This document shows, piece after piece, positions 32,009 through 40,082 of a stretch of 64,000 nucleotides of DNA. The stretch's first letter is position 1. Each line of letters opens with the position of its first letter. The stretch lies in IMG/VR virus record IMGVR_UViG_3300012036_000005, positions 36,553 through 100,552 of that record; one strand, given 5' to 3'. The translations under genes and the position numbers were made by a program. This stretch comes from a virus. A model generated the notes under the pieces. It saw nothing but the letters and a program-made list of their open reading frames with translations, did no database searches and was not told the DNA's origin.

Positions 32009-32647
32009 TGATAAGTCGACCATCTTTAATCAAATATAAAGATCTAATAGAGAAATATCCAGAGTTGTTAGGCAACATTGAAGGCCCACCGGTTGAACAA
32101 GGTTGGAATAATATTCTTGATCAGATCTGTTCAACCATTGAATGTCAAATTAAAATAAACGGTGTAACTCGACCCAAAGTTCTTCGAATTAAAGAAAAAT
32201 ATGGAACTCTGTGTTTTTATTATCGATGGATTAAAATACCTCCAGTTCTCTTAAGAAGAGAGATAGAAGATACAATATCTATGATAGAATATACTTCAAA
32301 CCATATATGTGAAAGATGTGGACGGCCTGGCGAACTTAGAGATGGAGCTTGGATAAAAACATTGTGTGATTTTTGTGAAACTAATGAGATACTGCAAGGT
32401 AAACGATGTTTGTAAATCATAAATTACATAAACCCGGCCAGGCAATACATATGTTATTATGTAATTATGATATTGGTAATACTCTTGAAGAAAGAGATGA
32501 AAGAAATAATAAAATTGATAGATGGATAGTGAAATACCGTAAAAAATCTAAAATAAAATTGGTTATGTCTGATAGTTTTTATGTACTTAAAATCTATTTT
32601 GAAGACCCAAAATTAGCTACCTTATTTGCAGTAACGTTTGGATAAAA

Positions 32648-33016
32648 ATGAATACAATAAAAGATACAATCGCAACAATAAAGAATATTCCAACTAAAGA
32701 AAAATTAGAAAGTATTCTTCTAGAAAAGACAGTCTTAGTTGAATATAGAAAACTTGACGGAGACGTAAGAATGATGTCTCTTACTAAGAATTTAAAATCA
32801 ATTCCAGTTACCCATCATCCTAAAGAGGTAAAAGAACCTCACGAAAAAAATATAACTGGTTGGTGTGAAGAAGCCGACGGATGGAGATCTTTTCGTTATG
32901 ATAATCTTATTAAAGTAGATCAAGATGAGTCAAATGTTATACTACACATAGGCACTAGTCTTATTCAACAAGAAATTGACAAAGAAATAATTGATTCTTT
33001 AGGATTGAAAAAATGA
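32648..33016 (+). CDS. WYL-like/SH3-fold phage protein
   Basis: VEYRKLDGDVRMM...WRSFRYD. Confidence 0.65.
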   Translation: MNTIKDTIATIKNIPTKEKLESILLEKTVLVEYRKLDGDVRMMSLTKNLKSIPVTHHPKEVKEPHEKNITGWCEEADGWRSFRYDNLIKVDQDESNVILHIGTSLIQQEIDKEIIDSLGLKK

Positions 33017-33402
33017 AAATAGGATTTACCGGAACTCGAAATGAAATTACAACAAAACAGTTTGATGATCTATTTCATTTTATAAATCAACTTGAAAATG
33101 TTACTATGTGCCATCATGGAGATTGTGTAGGCGCGGACGCAACGTTTCATGATATTTGTGAATCTCTCGGTTTACCTATTACTATACATCCTCCTGTTGA
33201 AGATAAATTAAGAGCATGGAAAAAATCAGACCTAATAGAAGAACCAAAAACATATCTTGTTCGTAATCGAATGATTGTTGACAGTAGTGATTTGTTAATA
33301 GGAGTTCCGAGGGCGATGAAAGAAACAAGAGGCGGAACTTGGTACACTATCAATTACGCTAAAAAGAAAGGCGTTCCTCAAGAGATTATATGGCCGAAAT
33401 AA
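33013..33402 (+). CDS. SLOG/DprA-like nucleotide-binding protein
   Basis: IGFTGTR, HHGDCVGAD, RNRMIVD, GGTWYTI.YA. Confidence 0.8.
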   Translation: MKIGFTGTRNEITTKQFDDLFHFINQLENVTMCHHGDCVGADATFHDICESLGLPITIHPPVEDKLRAWKKSDLIEEPKTYLVRNRMIVDSSDLLIGVPRAMKETRGGTWYTINYAKKKGVPQEIIWPK

Positions 33403-33456
33403 CACTTGACTATATAAGAATAACACTATATAATCTATATAAATAAAAGACGTTAA

Positions 33457-33546
33457 GGAGAGTTGGCTGAGCGGCCGAAGGCGGTGCCCTGCTAAGGCAT
33501 TGAACGCGCAAGCGTTCCGAGGGTTCGAATCCCTCACTCTCCGCCA
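33457..33546 (+). tRNA. tRNA-Ser(GCT)
   Basis: Cloverleaf, long variable arm, CCA. Confidence 0.95.
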
Positions 33547-33663
33547 TAAATAATAATAGAAATAATTTGGTCACATTCAAATTATTTCTTGACAAAGAGA
33601 CTAAATAAAAGTATAATACAAAGACGTTAAAGAAACAGCGTTTAGTAAAATAGGAATTAAGAA

Positions 33664-33882
33664 ATGCAAACAGAATTTATTCTTTTAGGTTCAGATAGAA
33701 CCCGCGGATTTCCACAGTCCTCGCTCGGAGAAGAGCGCGGTGCGAATTCTAAAGAAACCATGATTAAAGAAACCATCATTGAAAAAGATCATGGTTTTAT
33801 AAATCCTGGAATGTATATTCCAACAGCTGACAAGCCGTGGAGTGTGCAAAATTCGAATAGCCCTGGGGGTAGCAGTTGCTAG
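33664..33882 (+). CDS. 72-aa leader-like ORF at the head of the tRNA array
   Basis: TTGACA/TATAAT promoter, AGGA RBS, ends in TAG before a terminator. Confidence 0.5.
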   Translation: MQTEFILLGSDRTRGFPQSSLGEERGANSKETMIKETIIEKDHGFINPGMYIPTADKPWSVQNSNSPGGSSC

Positions 33883-33911
33883 TCTAGCAACAACTATTTA
33901 AACGAAAGTTT

Positions 33912-33948
33912 AAACCCCTTAGAGCAAATAAGCACTAAGGGGTTTTTT
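33912..33948 (+). terminator. Rho-independent terminator
   Basis: AAACCCCTTAG...CTAAGGGGTTTTTT. Confidence 0.85.
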
Positions 33949-34212
33949 GTTGACATAGTGTAGAAACTGTTGTATACTATGTTTATAAAGTGTTATGCGG
34001 AACGAGACTGCAAGCGCACTATAAATTGCTTAAATGGGCGTGTCGGGGATGAAACCTGTGGCGGTAACACAGGGAGTAAAAAATGGCAATGTAAGACATG
34101 GTGTTCTTACATAGTGGTCAAGCTAAAACAAAAGCGGAGCAACATAGACCACTAATAAAAAACCGTTTGAGGATAGTCAGATGCAGACTGATTAAAAACT
34201 GCAAAAGTTTAT

Positions 34213-34289
34213 GGTGGGCGTAGCTCAATTGGTAGAGCGCCAGTTTGTGGCACTGGTCGTTACCGGTTCAAATCCGGTCGTCCACCCCA
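34213..34289 (+). tRNA. tRNA-His(GTG)
   Basis: Cloverleaf, G-1:C73, CCA. Confidence 0.95.
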
Positions 34290-34316
34290 AAATAGAATTA
34301 GGAAATTATATTGCAC

Positions 34317-34408
34317 GATGTCACGGACTTAAACGGGATCGATAATACTGAATAGACCGCAAAAGTTGAGTCCTTCGACCGATCAAGGAACAGTATCCAA
34401 GTGACGTC
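34317..34408 (+). ncRNA. Unknown pseudoknotted RNA motif, copy 1 (copy 2 at 61488-61566)
   Basis: Conserved core ACGGGATCGATAATACTG.ATAGACCGC...GATCAAGGAACAGTATCCAAGTGA with covarying helix. Confidence 0.7.
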
Positions 34409-34419
34409 ATTAAAATTAT

Positions 34420-34497
34420 AGTCTCGTAGCTTCAACTGGATAGAGCATTGGTCTACGGAACCAAAGGTTGGGGGTTCGAATCCCTCCGGGACTACCA
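34420..34497 (+). tRNA. tRNA-Arg(ACG)
   Basis: Cloverleaf, CCA. Confidence 0.93.
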
Positions 34498-34608
34498 ACG
34501 AATAATGCGGATGAAGAAAACTGGGTTATCTTGAAACAATAAGATCCCTCGGGCAACAGCCTTGTCGGGACAAGCTAGGTTCGATTCCTAGACGCATTAC
34601 TAATCACT

Positions 34609-34692
34609 GGGAGAGTTGAGCAGGTGGTGAGCTCCGCAGACTGTAAATCTGTCGCTTAGGCTTTGTAGGTTCGATTCCTACTTCTCCCACCA
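34609..34692 (+). tRNA. tRNA-Tyr(GTA)
   Basis: Cloverleaf, variable arm, CCA. Confidence 0.92.
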
Positions 34693-34695
34693 AAG

Positions 34696-34786
34696 TTTGT
34701 AGTAGCTTAACAACTGTGGGTCGCTACCGCAGTAAAGTATCGGCCGAGGATCGGTGATGTTGGTGCAAATCCAACCTACAAAGCCA
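34696..34786 (+). ncRNA. Atypical tRNA-like RNA with a hairpin inserted in the D-loop
   Basis: TTTGTAG/CTACAAA-G-CCA acceptor, GTTGG-TGCAAAT-CCAAC T-arm, weak anticodon arm (GAG). Confidence 0.55.
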
Positions 34787-34797
34787 ATATAGAATAC

Positions 34798-34873
34798 CGC
34801 CCCATCGACTAGCGGTTCAGGTCGTTGCTCTTTCACAGCAAAAACACGGGTTCGAATCCCGTTGGGGTGACCA
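34798..34873 (+). tRNA. tRNA-Glu(TTC)
   Basis: Cloverleaf, CCA. Confidence 0.93.
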
Positions 34874-34894
34874 ATTAACGAGGGCAAAAATTCT

Positions 34895-34970
34895 GGGTGT
34901 CTAGCTCAACTGGCAGAGCGTCCGACTTTTAATCGGAGGGTTGTGGGTTCAACTCCCACGGCACCCACCA
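34895..34970 (+). tRNA. tRNA-Lys(TTT)
   Basis: Cloverleaf, CCA. Confidence 0.95.
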
Positions 34971-35021
34971 AGTTATAGACAGTGATGTAGGGTTCAAACC
35001 CTACCCTGTCTGCTTCTTTAT

Positions 35022-35098
35022 GCTTCTGTAGCTCAACTGGCTAGAGCATTCGCCTCTTAAGCGAAGGGTTGAGAGTTCAAGTCTCTCCAGGAGTACCA
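35022..35098 (+). tRNA. tRNA-Lys(CTT)
   Basis: Cloverleaf, CCA. Confidence 0.93.
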
Positions 35099-35106
35099 AT
35101 TATTAA

Positions 35107-35184
35107 TGGCTTGTAGCTCAGTCCGGTTAGAGCAGTCTCCTGATACGGGAAAGGTCGGAGGTTCAAATCCTCCCAGGCCAACCA
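35107..35184 (+). tRNA. tRNA-Ile(GAT)
   Basis: Cloverleaf, CCA. Confidence 0.9.
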
Positions 35185-35206
35185 TTAAAAGATTTCTATC
35201 TACATT

Positions 35207-35283
35207 GGGGATGTAGCTTAGTTGGTTAAAGCGTCGGTCTGTCGAACCGAAGATCGCGGGTTCAAGTCCCGTCTTCCCCGCCA
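35207..35283 (+). tRNA. tRNA-Asp(GTC)
   Basis: Cloverleaf, CCA. Confidence 0.94.
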
Positions 35284-35492
35284 ATAATAACTCGCAGTCC
35301 CTGGAAGGACCCCTGTTGAGGGTGGATAATATCCAGAAGGATTCAGTTTAAAACCCGGCGCCGGCCAATCCGGTAGAGAAACTGATGATCTCAACCCAAG
35401 CGATATCAGGGCAGGGATAAGAGGTCACCGAGCCTATACGCGGAGTTAGCAATATGAAAAGTTAGTCACTTATTAGTATTGCATTAGTTTAA

Positions 35493-35570
35493 CTAGGTGT
35501 AGCTCAGTCTGGCCAGAGCGCCGTGTTTGGAACGCGGAAGTCATAGGTTCGAATCCTATTACCTAGACCA
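35493..35570 (+). tRNA. tRNA-Pro(TGG)
   Basis: Cloverleaf, CCA. Confidence 0.92.
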
Positions 35571-35809
35571 TAGTGCGACTTATATGGCATTGCATAGCAG
35601 GTTGTATAGACGCGGTGGTTACCCGAGTATTTTTGCTCGGGTGTCGACCACATTAGCAGGATAAAATCCTGCTAATTAATTAGCCGGACGCTGTATAGCA
35701 CTGCCAATAACGCTTTAAGGTGACGGTGACGGGGATGTTTGCTAGGCAAGGGTCACACCCTGCAGTTGGCAATGTACTAGAGACAGGCAACTCCCCAATT
35801 ATTTACAAT

Positions 35810-35885
35810 AGGAGTGTAGCTCAATTGATAGAGCATTGGTCTCCAAAACCAAAGGTTGAGAGTTTGAGTCTCTCCGCTCCTGCCA
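35810..35885 (+). tRNA. tRNA-Trp(CCA)
   Basis: Cloverleaf, CCA end. Confidence 0.93.
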
Positions 35886-36040
35886 ATCTCAAATACAGTA
35901 TGAAAATTCGTGAATTTACTGATTATAAAATGATCCTGTATTTAGATTATAATTGACAATTCGTAGATTGTTTGTTATACTTTAAAAGTTAACAATATAG
36001 AGCTTATTCTAAGGTAGCATGGCTCAATTGTGTTCTTTGC

Positions 36041-36123
36041 TCTGGTGTGCCCCGAATGGTAAGGGAGCCGACTGTTAATCGGTAGCTGTAATGGCCCTGT
36101 AGGTTCGAATCCTTCCACCAGAG
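36041..36123 (+). tRNA. tRNA-Asn(GTT), long variable arm, no encoded CCA
   Basis: CCGA-CT-GTT-AA-TCGG anticodon arm, GTTCGAATC T-loop, ends G-CAA. Confidence 0.85.
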
Positions 36124-36199
36124 CAAAGAACACAATTTCTAACTTCTAACTTCTAACTTACTTAAACGATGAATAATCTTGTAGGTTAGAGGTTATAAC

Positions 36200-36579
36200 A
36201 TGAACAACAGTGCAACAGCCGTTAAAAATGGCGTAAGAATACTAAAACAAAGATGATCAAGGCAATGGGAGGAAGCTGTCAATGCTGCGGGTATAACAGT
36301 TGTACTGCCGCGCTTGCCTTTCATCATCTAGATCCAAAAGTAAAAGAATTAGGAATCTCTTACACAAGGGCAAATCCAACTAGTTGGGAGAGAATAATAA
36401 ATGAACTTAGAAAATGTGTATTGGTGTGTCATAACTGTCATAGTGAGATACATGAAGGAATACGGTTACTTCCTAAAACGTATGCTAAATTTAACGAAGA
36501 ATATAATTTTTTCCCTCATGGTTTTAAAATTGTATTAAAGACAATAGACAAGGAAAAAAGTAATGGATCCAAAGAGTGA
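36200..36579 (+). pseudogene. HNH endonuclease, apparently frameshifted near its start
   Basis: CQCCGY...FHH.DP...CVLVCHNCH.EIH; ATG 36200 (GAGG RBS) joins only if the A5 run at about 36224 were A6. Confidence 0.75.
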
Positions 36580-37256
36580 AAAGTATCATCACAGGATTAG
36601 TCTAAAGTTTCTTGAAAAGGCGTTAGAGGGAACTGACAAACTTACAAATGACGAAAAGAAAGCTTTTTTGTTTTGGATTAGATTAAGTGCAAGTGATAAC
36701 GGTACAGTAAAACTTGGTGAAGTTATGAACAATATACAATATTTGATTAGTTCTAAGGCCTCGGCTGAATTCATTGTAGGTTATCGATATCTTAAAGATT
36801 GTGTAAACAAACAATGGAATAAAGAATAAGGCATGCATCGGCATACCGAGTAAGACATGCAAATTATCTTTAAACCTTAGCAAAAGAGAGAAAGATGTTA
36901 CACAGAATTAAAAGTTTGACTATTGGTGTTAGAAAGTCTCTTTATATACCAAAAAGACAGACTCCTGTATCGATGTCTGAAAAGATTCGTGCAGCTCAAA
37001 CTAATAGTTTAAATTCTCGAAACAAAGAAGAAATCAAACTCAAAAAGCAAGTTCCGGATAAAAAAGATATACAGACATATTGTAGACTTGACGAACGTTT
37101 TCAAGAAGTTGATGACGAAATAAAAGAATTAATTAAAAAACCTTCTCAAAAAGGATTGAGTGCTTTGTATAGAAAGCGGTCAAATCTTAAGGCAGAAATT
37201 TTAAATGAATTGCCTTTTGGTAATATACTAAATCGAATTGAATCGAATTAACTTAG

Positions 37257-37332
37257 AGCGGATTAGACTGGAGTGGACCCAGCCCGGCTTCATGAGCCGA
37301 GAACCCCTGTTCAACTCAGGGATCCGCAACCA
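37257..37332 (+). tRNA. tRNA-Met(CAT), initiator-like
   Basis: CAT anticodon, unpaired 1:72, CCA. Confidence 0.8.
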
Positions 37333-37797
37333 ATTACACTTTGGAGGGGTAGCTCAATGGTAGAGCAGCCGTGCGCATTAGCTTTTCCGCTTTCCTGCAT
37401 ACTTATTAGGAGTTAAAATGATTGCCCAATTTAAAATAGAAGAACAGTATATTACTGAGGTTTTAATAGAAAAATCACAAAATATTCATGCAGTAAAAGA
37501 AAATCCTACTGTAGAAGATACGATAAAAATGATGCAAGGTAAAGGTTGGGTATATTCTAGATGGACAGAAGATCATCCAAAATTTGCCGAGCTAAGAAAT
37601 CTTCTCGAAGATAAAGAATATATAGTTACATGTAGAAATTCTAAAAATGGTGATAGAGTAATTAAGGAATTTTATTTAAATTCGGTTTTGTTTGAAGTTG
37701 GAGAGAAATTTTTTTGCTCAGAGGCTATGAGATTTTGTAAACCAATGCTTAAAACCTCAAGATAGAAAAATGATCTATCTTGTTATATAAATATGTT

Positions 37798-38427
37798 ATG
37801 CGATTAAAAGAACTAACAGGTTATAAGAAAAATCCAGGTTATCAGCAACTAACCAAGACTAAAAAGATAGATGCTGATGATTATAGAAAATATCCTGATG
37901 CCGAAGGAGTAAGCGACTCTTTTGACGAGTTTATTGAAATGGCCAAGGACAGTGGTTGGATCTATAAGGGCAAGGGGTATTATGGACAAGTGTTACACAA
38001 GCCGGGTTCATCTTATGTGTACAAGATATACTACGATGATGACCAAGCCTACCGTAAATTTGTAGACTGGGCACGGCGCAATCAAAAGAATCCTTATCTT
38101 CCAAAGCTTGGACCAGCTAAGATGATTCCTAAGACAGAAGGTATTTACATAACAAAGATAGAATGGCTTTCGCCACCTTCTGGACCATTCGATCCTAGAT
38201 TTAAAAAATATGTAGACGAACCAACAGTTCAGTCTTTCTTTTCTTCTAAGAAAATGGATTCTTATGACTGGTCAGAATTTGACAAAGCTGTTGCGACATT
38301 GCGCACAACCGAAAAACAGTTTAGTTCAATAATTGATTTTGCTGAGAAAAATGGTACATTGGATCTCCATTTTAACAATGTGATGTTCCGTAAAGACCAA
38401 CTTGTTGTTATCGATCCTATTACTTAA
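37798..38427 (+). CDS. Protein-kinase-like protein
   Basis: GKGYYGQV Gly-loop, VYKI Lys, DLHFNNVM catalytic loop, VVIDP. Confidence 0.8.
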   Translation: MRLKELTGYKKNPGYQQLTKTKKIDADDYRKYPDAEGVSDSFDEFIEMAKDSGWIYKGKGYYGQVLHKPGSSYVYKIYYDDDQAYRKFVDWARRNQKNPYLPKLGPAKMIPKTEGIYITKIEWLSPPSGPFDPRFKKYVDEPTVQSFFSSKKMDSYDWSEFDKAVATLRTTEKQFSSIIDFAEKNGTLDLHFNNVMFRKDQLVVIDPIT

Positions 38428-38432
38428 TAAAT

Positions 38433-38507
38433 GCGGATGTAGCTCAGGGGTAGAGCATTACCTTGCCAAGGTAAATGTCGAGGGTTCAAATCCCTTCATC
38501 CGCTCCA
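38433..38507 (+). tRNA. tRNA-Gly(GCC)
   Basis: Cloverleaf, CCA. Confidence 0.95.
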
Positions 38508-38519
38508 AATAATTAATAT

Positions 38520-38608
38520 GCGCTGGTGGTGGAACTGGTAGACACGCTACCTTGAGGTGGTAGTGCCTTTAATCGGGCTTAGAGGTTCAAGTCCTCTTCA
38601 GCGCACCA
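38520..38608 (+). tRNA. tRNA-Leu(GAG)
   Basis: Cloverleaf, variable arm, CCA. Confidence 0.95.
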
Positions 38609-38624
38609 ACAAACTAAATACAGT

Positions 38625-38855
38625 ATGAGACTTTATGAGTTCACTAACGAAGCGCCTGTTCAAAGTAGCTGGCAAGCTGATCTTTCTTATAATAAAGAAG
38701 AACAATATATCGTTATGGTAACGAACAAAGATGCACGATATAAAATATCTAATGTTCCTCCTCAAGTTTATAGTAACTGGCGCCGCTCTCCTAGTAAAGG
38801 AAAGTATTGGCACAAGTTTATTAAAAATAATTACGAAATCGAAAGAATACTATAA
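38625..38855 (+). CDS. KTSC-domain protein
   Basis: VQSS...LSY...Y...VP..VY......SKGKY.H..IK. Confidence 0.8.
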   Translation: MRLYEFTNEAPVQSSWQADLSYNKEEQYIVMVTNKDARYKISNVPPQVYSNWRRSPSKGKYWHKFIKNNYEIERIL

Positions 38856-38856
38856 C

Positions 38857-38933
38857 GCACCTGTAGCTCAGTCCGGTAGAGCGGAGTCTTGAAGAGTCTC
38901 GCGTCGGTGGTTCAAATCCTTCCGGGTGCACCA
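38857..38933 (+). tRNA. tRNA-Phe(GAA)
   Basis: Cloverleaf with one anticodon-stem mismatch, CCA. Confidence 0.88.
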
Positions 38934-38955
38934 ATTAAACTTTAAGGAAAAGATA

Positions 38956-39186
38956 ATGAAGATTATAGAACATCGATCAATTTACCACGAACCAAATATA
39001 TTTGCAGCATGGCCTGCAAATCACGGATCTTGGTAATAGGACAATGAACTATTAGTTGGATTTGTTCGTGGTGAGTTTTACGATACACAATTAGGATCTC
39101 ATAAAGTAACTGGTCCTCTTGAGTTTGTACAATCAAGAAGTATTGATTATGGTAAAACATGGCAATTAGAAACAGCAGCTCTATAG
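38956..39186 (+). pseudogene. Truncated BNR/Asp-box (sialidase-like) gene with in-frame TAA TAG
   Basis: AAWPANHGSW**DNELLVGF...SRSIDYGKTW; AAGGA RBS. Confidence 0.6.
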
Positions 39187-39289
39187 AATTAACAGAATTT
39201 AATCTTTAAACTCTAAAAAGCTGTTGACAACATGTTATGAACGTGTTAATATTAAAAACAATATAAACAGTTACAAGGGAAAAACAAAT

Positions 39290-39363
39290 GTTCCGATGGC
39301 AGAGTGGCCATGCGATGGATTGCAAATCCATCTACCCGGGTTCGATTCCTGGTCGGAACTCCA
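39290..39363 (+). tRNA. tRNA-Cys(GCA)
   Basis: Cloverleaf, U73, CCA. Confidence 0.95.
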
Positions 39364-39608
39364 AATTACTTTATTATAAGAGATCTTTTTTAAAGTATAA
39401 ATCCTTTGGGGAATGACCCAAAGACTACTGTCTAATTTAGTTTGGGTGAGGCCGACTAGATGAAAACAGTAGACCATCAAGTTAGTGCTCTTTACCCTCA
39501 CTTAGATCACACTAACTTGCTCGTTCGTCTAGGGGACAGGACGCCGGCGGAGGTCGGAAACACTGGTTCGAATCCAGTACGAGGTTCTTGGTTTAAGTGT
39601 GCATTGCC

Positions 39609-39681
39609 CACCCGTAGTTCAACTGGATAGAGCACCCGCCTTCTAAGCGGATTGTTGCAGGTTCGAGTCCTGCCGGGTGGG
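39609..39681 (+). tRNA. tRNA-Arg(TCT), no encoded CCA
   Basis: Cloverleaf; ends G-CAA. Confidence 0.9.
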
Positions 39682-39952
39682 CAATACACATTTAAAATTT
39701 AGTTTGGAATAGTTTAACATAAGGAAGAAATTTATGAAGATGCGAATAGTAGAAAAATTAACAGACGGTAATTGGGAGAAACTTCTTAGTATGTCTGAAT
39801 TGTCTGAAGGTGATACTTTTAGATTATGGGAAGAAGATGGAAAAGCAGCTGAAAATCAAATTGGTAGTACAGTTTTTGAAGCAGTAGGTGAACCTTATCT
39901 TAACGAAAACGGAAGATGGACTATTAATACTAATCCACTTTAATATAAATGA

Positions 39953-40026
39953 TGAGGAATAGCCAAGCGGTAAGGCACCGGTTTTTGGTACCGGCATCCC
40001 AGGTTCGAATCCTGGTTCCTCAACCA
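39953..40026 (+). tRNA. tRNA-Gln(TTG)
   Basis: Cloverleaf, CCA. Confidence 0.95.
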
Positions 40027-40082
40027 ACAAGTTGTGCTGCATATCTTCTTTCCATTGTAATAGAAGGTGTTATAAATAGATG

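Noticed and set aside
1256-32420. Minus-strand ORFs within the left-hand gene block
   Set aside because: All shadow well-supported plus-strand genes and lack RBS or recognisable motifs.
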